The notes below the pieces were generated by a model, which did no database searches, had not been told where the DNA came from, and saw only the letters and a list, made by a program, of their open reading frames with translations. From contig MU057416.1 of assembly GCA_013265495.1 (NCBI GenBank), positions 1,234,545 to 1,298,544 of the forward strand: DNA of 64,000 nucleotides, read 5' to 3'. This DNA is from Vicugna vicugna (Eukaryota). Made by a program: the position numbers and the translations under genes. Positions 49,201-62,369 of this stretch are shown piece after piece; within the stretch, counting starts at the first letter, position 1; every line of letters begins with the position of its first letter.

Positions 49201-51429
49201 GGGGGCAGGGCGCACCCGGGGGTCCGCCCGGCTCTGCCTTGGCGGAGAGGTGGTGATGGCGTCGTGCGGGGAGGGGCAGCAAGGCCGAGGCTTAGAAGAG
49301 GAATTCAGGATCGAGTCTGAGGTACCACTGGCCGCTCAGCCAGACACACAGCAGCCACTCAGAAAGCCCCGTCCAGGGGAACGGCCGAGGCGGGACAGCC
49401 GAGGAGGAAACGGCAGGCGGAGTGCAGATGGGGGTGGCGCGCTGGGGAGAGCCTCGGGGCGGCGAGGCCGCTTCTGGGCCACGGGCAGTGCCGTCTGCGC
49501 TTCCCGGAACGCCGCCCCTGGTCTCCAAGCCTGGGCCTCTCAACAGCTGGCTCAGGTGACACCGCTTTCAGGCAGACGTCTGCTGAGCCCCCACTGAGGA
49601 AGGTCCTTCACGGCGCCCGCCGCAGCCGTGACCACGCTGCGTCGCAGGTCCGCCATCACCGGGAACCCTGCTGGCTGGAGGTCAGGATGTGCGTTCTCTC
49701 TCCGTGCAGCACGCACAGGACAGTGCAAGCGCGGGCAAAGGAGAGAATAAAGGGCTGGAGGGTCTGGGACGCAGACGCTGCGGAGCCGGCAGGGGACGGG
49801 GGAGCCGGCAGACAGTAGTTCTGTGGGATCCAAGGCGCGGAAAGGCCAAGGAGGAGGAATAGGCCACGGAAAGTGCGCCGACAAAGCGAAGCAGAACAAG
49901 GAGGCAGCTCTGGGCTGCGAGCTGGGAGGCCTGGGACTTCAGCAACGCCGAGCTCCACGGGGTCCGGGCGTGGAGGACCGGGGTGGGGCCGGGAGACGCA
50001 GGGGCTGCGGACAGGGGCGGGGAGGGGACAGACAGGCTCTGTGGGAAGGTGAAGAGGAGCCGGCAGCGGGCGGAACGAGGAGAAAGGAATGTTTCTCCCT
50101 GAAGGCAAGGAACCTGTCGTGTGGCTGTGGGGCAGGAGGGCCCGGCAAGAGACGGGCCGGTTCGCAGCAGAGACAGAGACAGAGAGTGAAGAGAAGGAGC
50201 CTCACCTGGGCCGGGACGCGGAGGAGGGCGGCGGGAGGGGCACCCCTGCTCAGCAAGGGCGCCCGGAGGTGGAGAGCCTCCTGCCCGCGACCTCGGGCTG
50301 AGATTCGCTTTGACCGGTGGGATGTGCATACCTGACCACCCACCAGCCCCGCAGAGGCCTCGAGAGGCCCGGCGGGTCCCGTGTCCCCCCTGCCCCGAGC
50401 ACAGAGGCCCAGAGAGCAGAGCCCTCGCCACCAGGGGCCTCAAAGGCGGGCGGTGACTCAGACCTGAACCAGGTCTGCGGTCTGGAGCCAAACCAGCAAG
50501 CCCAGGGCCTTGGAAGAGAAAGGAGGCCATGTGAGCACTCGGGCTGCGGCTTGCCTGTCACCACGGTAACAAGCACACTGCGGGCTGGAAGGAGCGACGC
50601 TCTGGGAAGGGGCCAGGGCCACGGCCTTCCCAGCGACGGGGAAACGGAGATGCAGGAGTGGATGACACACGTGTCTGTGGCAGGAAGGGAAACTGAGGAC
50701 CTTCTCACCTGACGCTCTCACTTGCTCTGCCCAGCTCCATCCTGCAGAGGGTGAGGGGTGGGCTGGAGGGGGCGGGGGTGTGCAGGACGAGGGGTCAGGG
50801 ATCCCTCTCCAGAGGCTTCAGACACAGAGCAGAAGGGAGAGGTGGGAGGAGGACGTCTACAGGTTCAAGACTAGCAGCAGGAGCTTCCAGGTCTCCTTTC
50901 TGCCGTGTCAGGGGCACATCTCAGAGAGTCCGGCCAACGTCGTGGGGCCCCTGGACTTGGATTTGGGCACCACTGATGACAACAGGGAGGAGGAGCTGGC
51001 CAAGAACAGCAGCGCACCCGACCCTCACTCACCACACTCTGTGCCTCCTGCCCCGGGCCGCCTGCGTGTGCCTGCCGGGTCCCCAGCCCGCAAGGTTCTC
51101 CTGGGACCCGTGTCCCCACGTCCCAGCTCTCTCCGACCTTCACTGTAAGAGCTCACCACGGGGCCGCTGAAGCTGCTGCTACAGCTCCTACAGTGGCAAA
51201 TGCCCAGACATTCTAGAAACTCCAAAAATAGCTGGCTGCAACAATATTTTAGAAAAAAAGAAGAAGAACGAAAACAGAAAGGAAGAAAATAAAGCTTTCT
51301 TGTGCTATCTCCTTGGATATCTATCCAGAGGTTGTTTTCAGCGAGGGCAGCTTGATGGCCAAACCCGCAAAGCAGAGCGTCCTCTGCCAGAGGCCCAGCG
51401 GGGAGGCGGCTCAGAGCAGGCTCCAGGGC

Positions 51430-51810
51430 CAGGAGCCTGAGTGTGAAGCCAGCCCTGCCAAGACGGCATGACTTTCGGCAAACTGCTTGATCGCACTGTG
51501 CCTCAGTTTTTTTTCTTATTTGTATGATGGGGACATAACAGTGCCCACCTCATAGGATTTATGAGAATAAAACAGGTTAACTTACGTAACAGCTCCTTGA
51601 AATAACTGGGACAGGATAATCCCCCAAGACATCTTAACTCTGTCACTTAACTGTAACCTTCGACAAGTCACTCAGTTCTCTGTGCCTCAATTTTCTCACC
51701 TGTGTAACATGGGTAATTCTAGAACCCGCTCCATAGGGCTGTTGTGACACATAAATGAGTTAATACATGTAAAACGCTCAGAACAGCGCCGGCACAGAGA
51801 AGGCCCCATA
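51430..51810 (+). mobile_element. Two adjacent MIR copies
   Basis: CTGTGCCTCAGTTT...ATGGGGACATAACAGTGCCCACCTCATAGG and CTGTGCCTCAATTTTCTCACCTGTG...CATAGGGCTGTTGTGA..TAAATGAGTTAATACATGTAAA. Confidence 0.75.
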
Positions 51811-52964
51811 AAAGTCACTCCCTTCTTTCTGTCTATGGACAAGCCATGCGCTTATCAAAAGATACCCTTTCATTTTTTTCCCCAGTGATTCTCAGCCATA
51901 TTGAACCTAACCTCTCAAATATTTTCAGTCCCCCCATACCATCTGAAATGTAACTCATGGGTTAAATAACCTACCTAAATACGTAAGTGCAGAAACATAC
52001 AGAATGTTCCAATTGCATCATAAAGGATTTATAACAAGATAAAATAGATTTCAACAATCGCACGCCTGAGCACCGCACGCCTGACAAGACGTGGTCAGCC
52101 AGGCGCTGCCCCCCTTGACCCACGCAGCCTTTTAAGGCCACTCCTGGCTCCCCGGGCTCCAGCTGTCCCTGCATTGTTCAGGCCCTAGGGAGCGACTCTT
52201 ACGTTCTCCTTTAGAATCGGAACTTCTACCACCCGAAACGCTCCGGAAGTGTCTGTTGCTGGTTCAGTAACCAGTAAAATGGGGGAAGGTTTGTATTGTG
52301 CAAAATGAGAGACTCGATCGAAAATTATTTCTAGAGTCAACCGATAATGGCTCCCCTGTTTACTAAGGAAGGGGGAGGGATCGAGGTAGCTTGTGAATCA
52401 AGCAGAAGTTTAACATTTTCCAGGTGAAACAGGGGAAGAGCGATGATGTAGCCACAGGGCTGTGAGTGACAGTGGAGCGTGGACAGCTCTCAGCACCATG
52501 CCGGCACGTGGACACTCAGCACCTCCGGGCTCCCCTCCAGTCCTGTCCCTTCCGTGTCCAGGACACGCTGGCCAAACTCCGGGGGTGAAACACAGATGCA
52601 AATTCTGGAACATTTCCAACCCCAAATTCACGGAACAGGCAGAGAAGCTGGGAACTAGACTCTGCTATTCTAGAACCTGCTGTGCTGAGAGGGCCCCCTC
52701 CCCCACTCAGGGGCTCGTCTCTGCCTGGGATGCCCCCAGCCACTCATTCCTCCAGGCAGGCAAGTCCCACTCGACTCGGAACTCCAGTGGGTGACAACCA
52801 CAGAGCTGGGTTTCTTCCTCGTGTTATAGTGCTGTCACCCAGGGCCTGGCTCCATGGGCTGTCTTCATCCCGAAACCTTAGAACAAACTTAGAGACTTCG
52901 CTGCTGCCGCAGGTGTAACTCACCTGCTCTGTCGTGGGCTCATTCAACCACCATCTATCGTGTA

Positions 52965-52982
52965 TGGCGCCCCCTAGTGTAA
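52965..52982 (-). promoter_or_regulatory. CTCF motif
   Basis: Reverse complement TTACACTAGGGGGCGCCA versus consensus CCACTAGGGGGCGC. Confidence 0.45.
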
Positions 52983-53879
52983 GGCAGCCGCTGTGCTGGG
53001 GCTGGGCCAGTGGTGAGACAGCACCCCTCACGCCCAGGGGCCAGCGGGAGTAAACGACACACACGGGGACCGGGATGGTGCATAAATAAAGGATGATAAC
53101 AGAGGCAAAACAGAAGGCTTAAGAAAAGCTGAATCTGTTTTCATGTAGAAGCCCAGAGGTGGCAGCCAAGGCCAGTGCGGAAGAGCACCTCCAGGAAGCC
53201 CTCACGACCTGGTTCCTCCGAACCCCCCGAGGCACGTCTAGGATGTGGCCCTCTCCCCATCCTCACGCTCCAGGATGGCAGCGGGAGGAGCAGGATGAAG
53301 GAAGGGACAGAGAAGGGGGAGGAGTGTCTTCAACAGATTTCTGTTGACATCCCACTGGCCAGAGTGAAATCACACACCACACTTACATGGGAACACAGGG
53401 AAGGAAGGGGCGGGTCGCTACATAAAAGTAAAATTCACTGGAAAACCTTTTGTCCATAAGACAGTCTTAAACCTTTGCAAATCCCTCCTTTTCTAGCTAA
53501 GAAGATTTGAGGTACAAAGTGGTTACTCAGTTACAGAATGGCCAACTTCTAATTAGAAATACTAGTGTTTTTTGTTATACCGTATCATTTCTCAATCCTT
53601 TATTTTGCTTAACAAATATATGACTTTTATGTCATATACATTTAATAACGTAATTTTAATGAGATAATGGAAATGAAAACTTACTACTTTCCCAAGAGAG
53701 AAAGAAACTAGATAAGGTCCAAGTCCAGTTCCTAAATAAATAAAGTAAATGAATGAACTCAAACAATATACAAGAAATGAGGGGGTTGATTCTGACGGCA
53801 GAGTGCATGCACTAAACATGCTAGATACTTCATTGAAAACAACTTTACACCCCACTAATGTCAAGAATGTGATGTCAAT

Positions 53880-54010
53880 GAGCTGTAATGGAAAAGAATC
53901 TGAAAATAATATATGTTTGTACATGTATAACTGAATTGCTTTGCTGTACACCTGAAACTAACATTGTAAATCAACCACACTTCAACAAAAATAAGAATTA
54001 AAAAAAAAAG
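53880..54010 (+). mobile_element. L1 extreme 3' end
   Basis: TAATGGAAAAGAATCTGAAA...GTATAACTGAATTGCTTTGCTGTACACCTGAAACTAACATTGTAAATCAACC plus A tail. Confidence 0.8.
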
Positions 54011-55398
54011 AATGTGATTTCAAACATCAAGTGGACTTTTGGATTCCACCTGATTTCTGGGAAAAGGCATTTTAATTATTCGAAGCTTTGACATTATTTC
54101 GCCTAATTATTCTAAGCTTTCTCATGTAAGTTCTGCTGCAGCCACGTGTTTGTTTCCCCAGAAAAATGATCAACTTGCAAGCCGTTCTTCTCTGCCCCCC
54201 GTTCTTGGTGAGCCCTGATTGTGAAACAGTTCATCCACTTGAATCTTCCTGCGTCTGAGCTGCACAGTGCAGGTGGGCAGGAGGAAGGCCTGTGGGGCCA
54301 CCTGATGGGAGCCGGGTCAGCCCAGAGGACCGGGCTCAGGGTCGGAACCGGGGCACAGTCTGCGCCTGAGGGGCTGTGTGTGTCGGGGGCAGGGAGGGGC
54401 TTCTCTCCATCACTCAGAGGCACCATTTTTGTAGCAGAGCCCTTCTTTGTCCCTGTCTGGGCTTTGAACAGCGACCTAGTCCCATTTGCATGAAGATCCT
54501 TCTGTACAAAGGCTTTGTTCACCCACCAAAGGTGCTTTGCACGCTTAACAGCTGTTCTTTGATCGATGGAACCCGAGGCTAGACCAGTGGTAACGAGAGG
54601 CTCATCGGAGGGTGGTACCAAGAAGCCTGCAACAGAGATGAAGCAGAATCCCCGGTAGCCTGGCTTCAGCTGACCAGGGACCATTTTTTTCCCACCAGTG
54701 CCCCAAGCCCTAATTCTCTGTCTAGCGAAAACATCAGCCCTTTTGTACATTCATTAAAAATAATGTATTCATTATTATAAAAATGCTTTTAATTTTTTAT
54801 TACTTAGTTAACAATAAACATGAATCACCAACAATGAGATAAGTATTCTGGAGAAACAGTGTTCTCAGGATAAAGGCAGTACCCAGGTACTTAGATACTT
54901 TTAAATTAGTCAATAAAAATCTCAGGTGTTTATAATTATTAATGTTCGCAATCAGAAAGCTGCGTCATGTGCCCCTGGTTAAAAAGCTCTCATTCTCCTA
55001 GACCCTAAAAGCAGGTGCCAGAGGCACAATCTCAGGAGGGCTCACTTCCCAGGTGTCCATCCCTCCCGTCACAGCGTAGGAAGAGCGCTGGTGCAGTAAC
55101 AGTCTGTTTTAAAGCTAAAAATAAAAAGGGTGACAGTGTTGTAATCCTCCCCAGTGCAGCGAGGGACTAACCAGCCTCCGTTTTGTTTCATGAGATAAAC
55201 ATGATCATCTGACGAATAAAACGACTCCTTGCATTCTAAATAAATCCATCTCGGCTCTTCCCCCTAACAACATACCCTGGTGCGCACACAATCCCAGGCA
55301 GGAGTTGCTGAATTGTTACTGACGGCTGCAGGCACCGGAGCCGTGCTGGAGGGGGCCCATCCGTGCGGTCACCACTATCAGGAGCTCATCTTGTTTTA

Positions 55399-55546
55399 TT
55401 TTGTTTGTTTGTTTTGTTGTTATTTTTGTTTGCGGGGAGGTAATTAGGTTTATTTACTTATTTATTTTGATGTAGGTACTGGGGATTGAACCCAGGACCT
55501 TGTGCATGCTAAGCATGTGCTCTGCCACCGAGCTATACCATCCCCC
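55399..55546 (-). mobile_element. Vic-1-like SINE with TSD
   Basis: Full head and GGGGAGGTAATTAGGTTTATTT tail; TSD CTCATC(T/C)TGTTTTA at 55385-55398 and 55547-55560. Confidence 0.92.
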
Positions 55547-58399
55547 CTCATCCTGTTTTACTTTTTAATATTTCTGGATTCTCTACTCCAGTAGCCAGAG
55601 AGCGCCAACCGTAGACCTGGATTACTTCGATCAGGCACCGCTCGCTGTATTTGCAGCCGAGGGAGACGAATGAGTCCTTTTCACTTGGACCGTTTACTCC
55701 GAGTTTAGCTCCCTTTATTCACACAGAGTGCTTCACCTCCTGAGCAGGACAAGTCTGGGAGTAACTCAGCAGCAACTCCAAAGTTCCGATTCCCAAAAGC
55801 AAGTGACATTACAAGGGAATCATTCGAGGATCCCCTCAAAATAGGAGTCACGGATCCTCTGAACCCACTTTCACAGATGCCCACAGTCGTTCTCAGTTAA
55901 CCTCCCAGGCCTGTGGTTAAACCAATTCCGCAGCAAAGGAAAACACTCAGAAACTGTTTTAAAAAAACACTGCATATATTTTTAAAAATAAGTATGATCA
56001 TCTTCAAAGCAACATTAGAAATTTAACATCTAACCACTAAGTGAGAACTGTTTGGTCAGAAGCACAGCGTAAGGCACCTGAACCACCGTCAGGTTTACGT
56101 GGAGGATGGAGAAAGAATGACATCAGTGGGCAGTGTCGCCACAGGCTGGGCCCCCAGGGTCCCAACTTCCTATTCAGGCTACTGACGCCATCACCTGCAA
56201 GCTGGTTGCTCTTGGGCGAAAAACACCCTCCAAGCTGGGGAAACTGGCAGACTACTAACGCTGCTCAGTATTTAACTGCACTGACTCCTTTTCTGTGACA
56301 AATATCATATTGAATTTGATTGCTAAGTGGGCGTGAAAGGTAGGACTTTGCAGAGCATCAGAGCCATCCAGACACCAACACGACAAATATTTGGCATCAC
56401 CAAGTGGTCAGACACATAGAAATGAAAGTTCTTGTGTCCTCAAGAGACAAGCAGTAAAACTGACGGAAAGGAATACTAAAGGCAGCAGGAAACACGAATA
56501 TACCGCCTTAAGGAAAGGGAGAGCCGTGCAGACTGAGGGGTCAAGTCTATACATAAAAGCAGCAACAGTTAATAAACAGGAGCTAGTAAAATTAACAAAA
56601 GACCATTTAATATCAACAATTAACCTATAATTAATATCAGTGATTAAAACCGAGATATCCTACTTCACAATCTTTAATATTGGCAGCTCAACTCCTGGTA
56701 TAGATTAAATAATGACTTTTCTAACTTGGACTTTGCCATACTAAAAAAAAACTTTAAGAATTAAATTATGCCAAAGTGCCTTTTCTTCACTGGAAGCGCA
56801 ACCCGCCCCTTCAACTGGCCACTTCGCCTCAGCCCCTCAGCCTCTGGGACCCCAAGTCTGCAGACTTTTCTCTTTCACCTAACAGAAGAGCCATCAGTTG
56901 TTAGACACGCCACTGTCTTTTGTGCCTCAAAGAAAAAAGAAGTATGGCCAAATCTAAGCCTTACTGAAATTTCAGAGATGAATATAGGAAATATGCACAT
57001 TTCCAGAATCAATGTCATTAATATGGTGTATCTTGTACCTTATCTCCTTCTGAGCCCAAAGCTATCACCCTCTTCTGGGCCCTTGCCTAGCTCACCTGGA
57101 CTCAGCAGACACCACCTAGCCAGCCCCCTGCCCCTGCCCCCTCCAGTCTGGTCTCTCTGCTCCACCGACAAGTTTTACAAGTCTGATGATATAATGTAAA
57201 CCTGATCATTCTTGGCTTAAAGATCTAACTCTTGCGGGGGGTCTTCTGAGACCCCCAACAATCTGACTTCTGTCGTGTCCCTGCCCCTGCTTCTCCACCT
57301 TGTCCGTTTTGTCTGGATTCCAAACCCTCACTGAACACCCTCCCCTAGGGACCAGTCCCCCAGGACATGTCCGCAGAGCACTCTGCACTCCGCCACACAG
57401 TCCTCTGTATACCTGGAATGACTGGCTTAATTATTAGTTCAATTATGTGCCTTTCTGACTTGAGCTCTATGTTGACAGGGATTCACTTTAATCAGAACAG
57501 ATCCTCCAGCATCTGGCACAGAATCTGGTACGTGTACGGTGCTTTATGCTTGTTGACTGACCAAAACTCTTGGATGATGGCTACTGCAGTTCTAACAAAC
57601 ATTGCTTGGCAGTAACTAGTTTTGGTGCAAAATGTAACAGGTTTTCTAAGGTAGAGGTTCTCAAAGTGTGGCGCTAGGCACACAGTGAGCATTTAATAAA
57701 TCTCAGGTGTGATGCTGCTGCTGCTCATGATGACAACCACAAAGGCAACATAAGGTAACAAATAAAACTTCATATCTATTCAACAGGATTCATGTTTTAA
57801 ACATTCCATGCCTGAGGTCTCTGCAGTTTTCATCCAGACAAGTATCTAGAGTGACCTCTCGTAACTGTTAACCATTGATTTCAAAATCCCAGGACAGGGA
57901 AACAATCCTAGGGCCAGTTTAAAAGGCCAGTGATATTCACGGCAAATGCTGTCAGTGCAGTACATTTTCTCCTCAGTTACGAGGATAAACGTAACAGAAG
58001 AACATTTGCTGTGTTTTGAATTCTAAACCATAAAAAACATAAAAGACAAGCTACAGCAAAGAAATTCCTTTTCTCATTTGCCAGCTCAAATGATATCTGG
58101 TCATGTGTAACCAGACAGGTATTCTCCAGGTAAACGTTCCCTGGATACACAGTGTAACCATGTCGCACCAGAGTCCCAGCTGGCCATGGTGTTCCTAGCT
58201 GATTACTTGGAATTTGCAATGAATTTTCCCACAGACATTAAATTCTCAGACATGGCCTTAGCAATTTTCATACCAATTGTGCTGTGGCATGCTATGACAT
58301 GCTGTGGGTTAATGGGCGTCATGTGCTATGATACGACGTGACACACTGGATTAAACGGGCTTTACGAGCCCACTTTGGAAGACGGACACGTTTTCTAAC

Positions 58400-61300
58400 A
58401 AGGTTTCTATGAGGGGACAGGTTCCAGGGCCCAGGAAGCCCGGAGCGATGAGAAGGCAAGTGTGCCCCCACTGTGCCCCCACCAGCCTGCTCCTCACCCC
58501 GGGACGGCGGCGGCAGCCCGGACACCTGGCTCTCACCCGGGTGTGCCCTTCGGAACCGTGGTCCCCGCCGCAGCGCCCAGGCCGCCCCCGCCTCCCTACC
58601 TCCCACCTCGCACACGCCCAACAAAAGCATTAATAAACCTGCTCCTGATTGACAAAACCCTCAGCAGGCCTGGGAGCCCGCGCCCCCCCGCAGGCCCCTG
58701 CGCTCAGCACCCGGGCTCGGTCCTCCGGCGTCCCGGCCCGGCCGGCCGGTCGGTCCCGGACCCCAGCGCGGCTGCCAGGCCCGCTTCCCCCGCCCAGCGC
58801 CGCAGCCTGGCCCACGTCCCCCGTCCCAGGCCCCGCTCTCCATCCACGCCTCGGGGAGTCCGCGCGGCCAAAGCCCCCTCGGACCCCACGGAGCTCCCCA
58901 CACCCCTGCGGCGCCTCTCCTTCCCGCCCGGACCTCCAACACCGCCAGCCTCCCCTTCCCTCCGCCCCGAGACAGACCGCTACCCTCCGACCGACCGACC
59001 AGCTGCCCTGCCCACCGGGCCTGCACACGCCACACACACCCACATCACACGCACCACCCACATCACACTCACTATACACATCACACACACACCACACACG
59101 CATCACACACACACGCCACACACATAGCACACACACCATACACACCACACGCATCACACACATATCACACTCATAACACACACACCACACATACACATCA
59201 CCCTCACCATACACTCACTACACACCCAACACACACTACACTCACACTCCACACACATCACACACATGCCACACACATATCACACTTCACACCCATCACA
59301 CTCTCCACACCACCAGTCACCACTCCCACATCACACTCACCACACACATCACACACACACCACAGTCACCACACTCACTACACACTTATCACACACTCCA
59401 CACACATACTCACACCACTCACACATCACTCACACCCACATCACACACGTATCACACTCATCTCATACCCACATCACTCACACTCCACACACACCACACA
59501 CATTACACACACACGCCACACATCACACTACACATCCATCACACACACATCACACTCACCACACAGTCACTAGTCTACACACACCACACACACACGGGCG
59601 CGCGCGCGACAGCCGGCTCCCAGCACACTCCGAGGGGAGCGTGAGAGCGGGGAGCCAGTGCCCCGCGGTCCTCGGTGCACCGGCGGGGCCGTGGCAGGGC
59701 CGTGTCTGCGTCCATCCGGGGAAAGGGGACGCGGTGTCAGCCCCGCGCGGGGGAACCCGGGTGCGGGGCGGCCGGTGCGCTCCTCGGGGAGGACGGGCCG
59801 GGCCTCTGCCCTCGCCCCGCGCCGCGCCGCGCCCGCCCGCGGGAGGGGACCCGGCGTCGCCCCGTCACTCTCCTCGTAGCCCGGGACCCGTTCCGTTCCC
59901 GCAAAGAAACCGGGCTGCCGCGGCCAGAGACAGCCGGGCTCCCCGGTCAGCGGCTTAACGGGTCAGCGGGCGGAGCTCGGCCTGGACCCCCCGCCCACCC
60001 GCGCCCGACCCTCCTCCGCCTCCCGCCCGCGCGGCCGGGGAACGCGCTCCGGGGCGACACGGCGGCGGCGCGAGGAGCGGGCCCCGCCACCACGGGCCCC
60101 GCCCCCGAGGCGGCCCCGCCCCGATTCGGCGCCCCGGAGCTGCGTGCGCACCCGGGCCGAGCCGCGCCGCCACGCGCTCGCTCGGGGCCCGGCTCGCAGG
60201 CCCCGACGGCCACAGCCCGGGGCCGAGCCCACGGCCGCCACCTCCGGGCCCCGCACGTGGCGGGTGGGGGAGTCCTCAGAAGGAGAGAGTGGGACGGCTG
60301 TGGTCGGGGTCGCGGGCCACCCTCCTTCTGACCCTCGGGGGTCAGCGCCGCCCGTGGTTTTCTGTGAGACGCCGAAGGCTCACAGCGCGGGGCGCCCCCT
60401 TCCCCCGACGCCTCCTTCCCCCAGCACTTTCCCGAGGCCTGTTCACGCCGGACTGAGGCCGCGCGAGGCCCGGCCCGGGGAGCGCACGGGTACCTGGGCT
60501 CGCGTTCGCCGGCGGCCCGTGGACGTCCTGGGTGGTTTCCTCCGCGGGCCCGCTGCCACCGCGTCTCTCTGCGGGTAAGGCCGCTTCAGCCACCGGGGGT
60601 TAAGACTACTCGTGTTCGACGGCATCCCGCCCGCCCCGCGCGCTCCCGCCCGCCCCGCGGGGAGCGCGCCCGGAGCGCAGAGCCAGGCGGGCGCGCGGGC
60701 GGCGGGGCTGCCCCTGGGGAGCGAGCTCCTGCAAATGGGAAACCGAAAATGAACCCGCGCGTTTCCGAGCTTCTGCGGCCCGCAGAGCGCCGTGGGGCAC
60801 CGGGCCCGTCGGCATTGCTGTCTTGGTGTGACTTTTATTTACACCCTCAAAGAATTACTGTCCTGATCGTGCGACCTGTTACAAAGGTTATGCTCGCTCC
60901 GGAGGAAGTGCAAGTCGGGGCTTCCCGCCTCCGGTGCTCTGGAACCCACCGGCACGTCCACCCTGGCTCCCAGGCTCCGCGCCCAGAAAAGTGCTGGAAG
61001 TGGGTCTCCAGGGTGGTTCCCAGCACCACGGGCCTACCTTCCGCACCAGGCAGGACCCCCCGCCCGCAGGGAGTCAAAGTTAGAACTTCAGTCTCCCTTG
61101 TACTAGGACCCCCATCAGTAAGGATTCTTACAGTTTAGACACGCTTGCTGTTCATGTTTTGGTGGGTTTTTGACTCGATCGTCTACTGTGGACGTCTATC
61201 CATAAGCCCCCAGGCCCCTCCAGCGGAGCCGCAGAGCGGGGAGCGAGGGGAAGCGGCTGCTGCTCCGGAGCCGGGCCAGGGCGGAGGTGTGGACGAGCCT

Positions 61301-61430
61301 GGCTCCCGCGGCCGGTTTTCGTGCTCGCTCCCCTCGCTGTGTGCAGCAGCGGGCCGTTGCTTCCTTCCGGCAGTCTTCTCCACAAGAGAAGGGCCGTTTC
61401 TCTCTAAGGGACCTCCCGCGGATTCCCGTT
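58400..61430. promoter_or_regulatory. Major CpG island promoter (interrupted by a CA-rich tract)
   Basis: Very high GC/CpG at 58400-59020 and 59595-61430; clustered GC boxes (CCCCGCCCC) at ~60080-60125. Confidence 0.85.
59023..59596. repeat. Degenerate (CA)-rich simple repeat, ~570 bp
   Basis: Read directly; almost no G on the plus strand. Confidence 0.95.
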
Positions 61431-62369
61431 AAATAAAACTGCTTGACGATGACCTGGTTTGTTCATTCAGGAGGATGGTCTTCTTATCCATACGCTATTG
61501 TCGTCATGGTTTCCGTTGTTAAATTAAACATGAAAGGCCACCCAGTCTGTATGTAGAAATGCAGTGTTTTCAAAGCACTGAGATATAGGAACAGAGATCC
61601 TTATTTTAAATTGTGCCTGGGACTGGGCGCTATGTTAGATGCTTCTTTACACTTTCACCAATTTGTAATCCTAAATGCACCTTCTAAAAATACATTTTCT
61701 TGCAATATTTTCATTCACTATCTTAGACCTCCCTGTTGCCTTTTTGGTCTTAGGTTATTTGGGGGTGAACAAAAGATAAGATGTATAATTTAAAGAAGTT
61801 TTCCAAAATGATGCACCTTTTCATGCCAATTACCCTTCAAAACAGGCCTCTTTACATCTTTTGCCTTCCCTAGGTCCACTTTTCCTCTGTACACCTTTCC
61901 CACTTGTCCTCTGATAAAATCTTTTTAAACATGACCAAATCCATAAACATATTTTTCCAGAAGTGTGGTTCTTCCAGTGCCAGTCCTGTAAGATCATTGG
62001 TGGAAAGGAATTTGGCCAACGCACTTAGGAAACCCTGCTCATTTGCCCCTTCCTATGTTTACAGACCACATTAAGGCTAACCGTCAAGAAACCTGCTGAA
62101 CTTGGTGGAGTTCAGTATTTCCCAAATTTGCACGTGGAACCTTTATCCAGGAAGACTTGTTAATGTACTGTGGAACTTCTATTTCTAGGATGACATGGGG
62201 TACACGTGACTTAAACAGTCTAATATATGGAACAGGTCATAGAAAACTGTGATAAGTCAAGATGCAGCAGCAGAATATTTTTTAGAGAACGAAGAGGAAG
62301 CGGATCCTAATTGCTCTTTGTGAATTTCATAAATCCACAGTGTTAAAAAAATGCTTTAAATATCTAGGT

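Larger units (their letters stand above)
48390..50400. promoter_or_regulatory. CpG island, probable alternative promoter
   Basis: High GC and CpG density over ~2 kb; E-box CACGTG at ~49170; splice donor at 49070. Confidence 0.7.

Noticed and set aside
58462..60331. Long His/Thr- and Pro/Arg/Gly-rich ORFs
   Set aside because: Explained by the CA repeat and CpG-island composition; no recognisable domain
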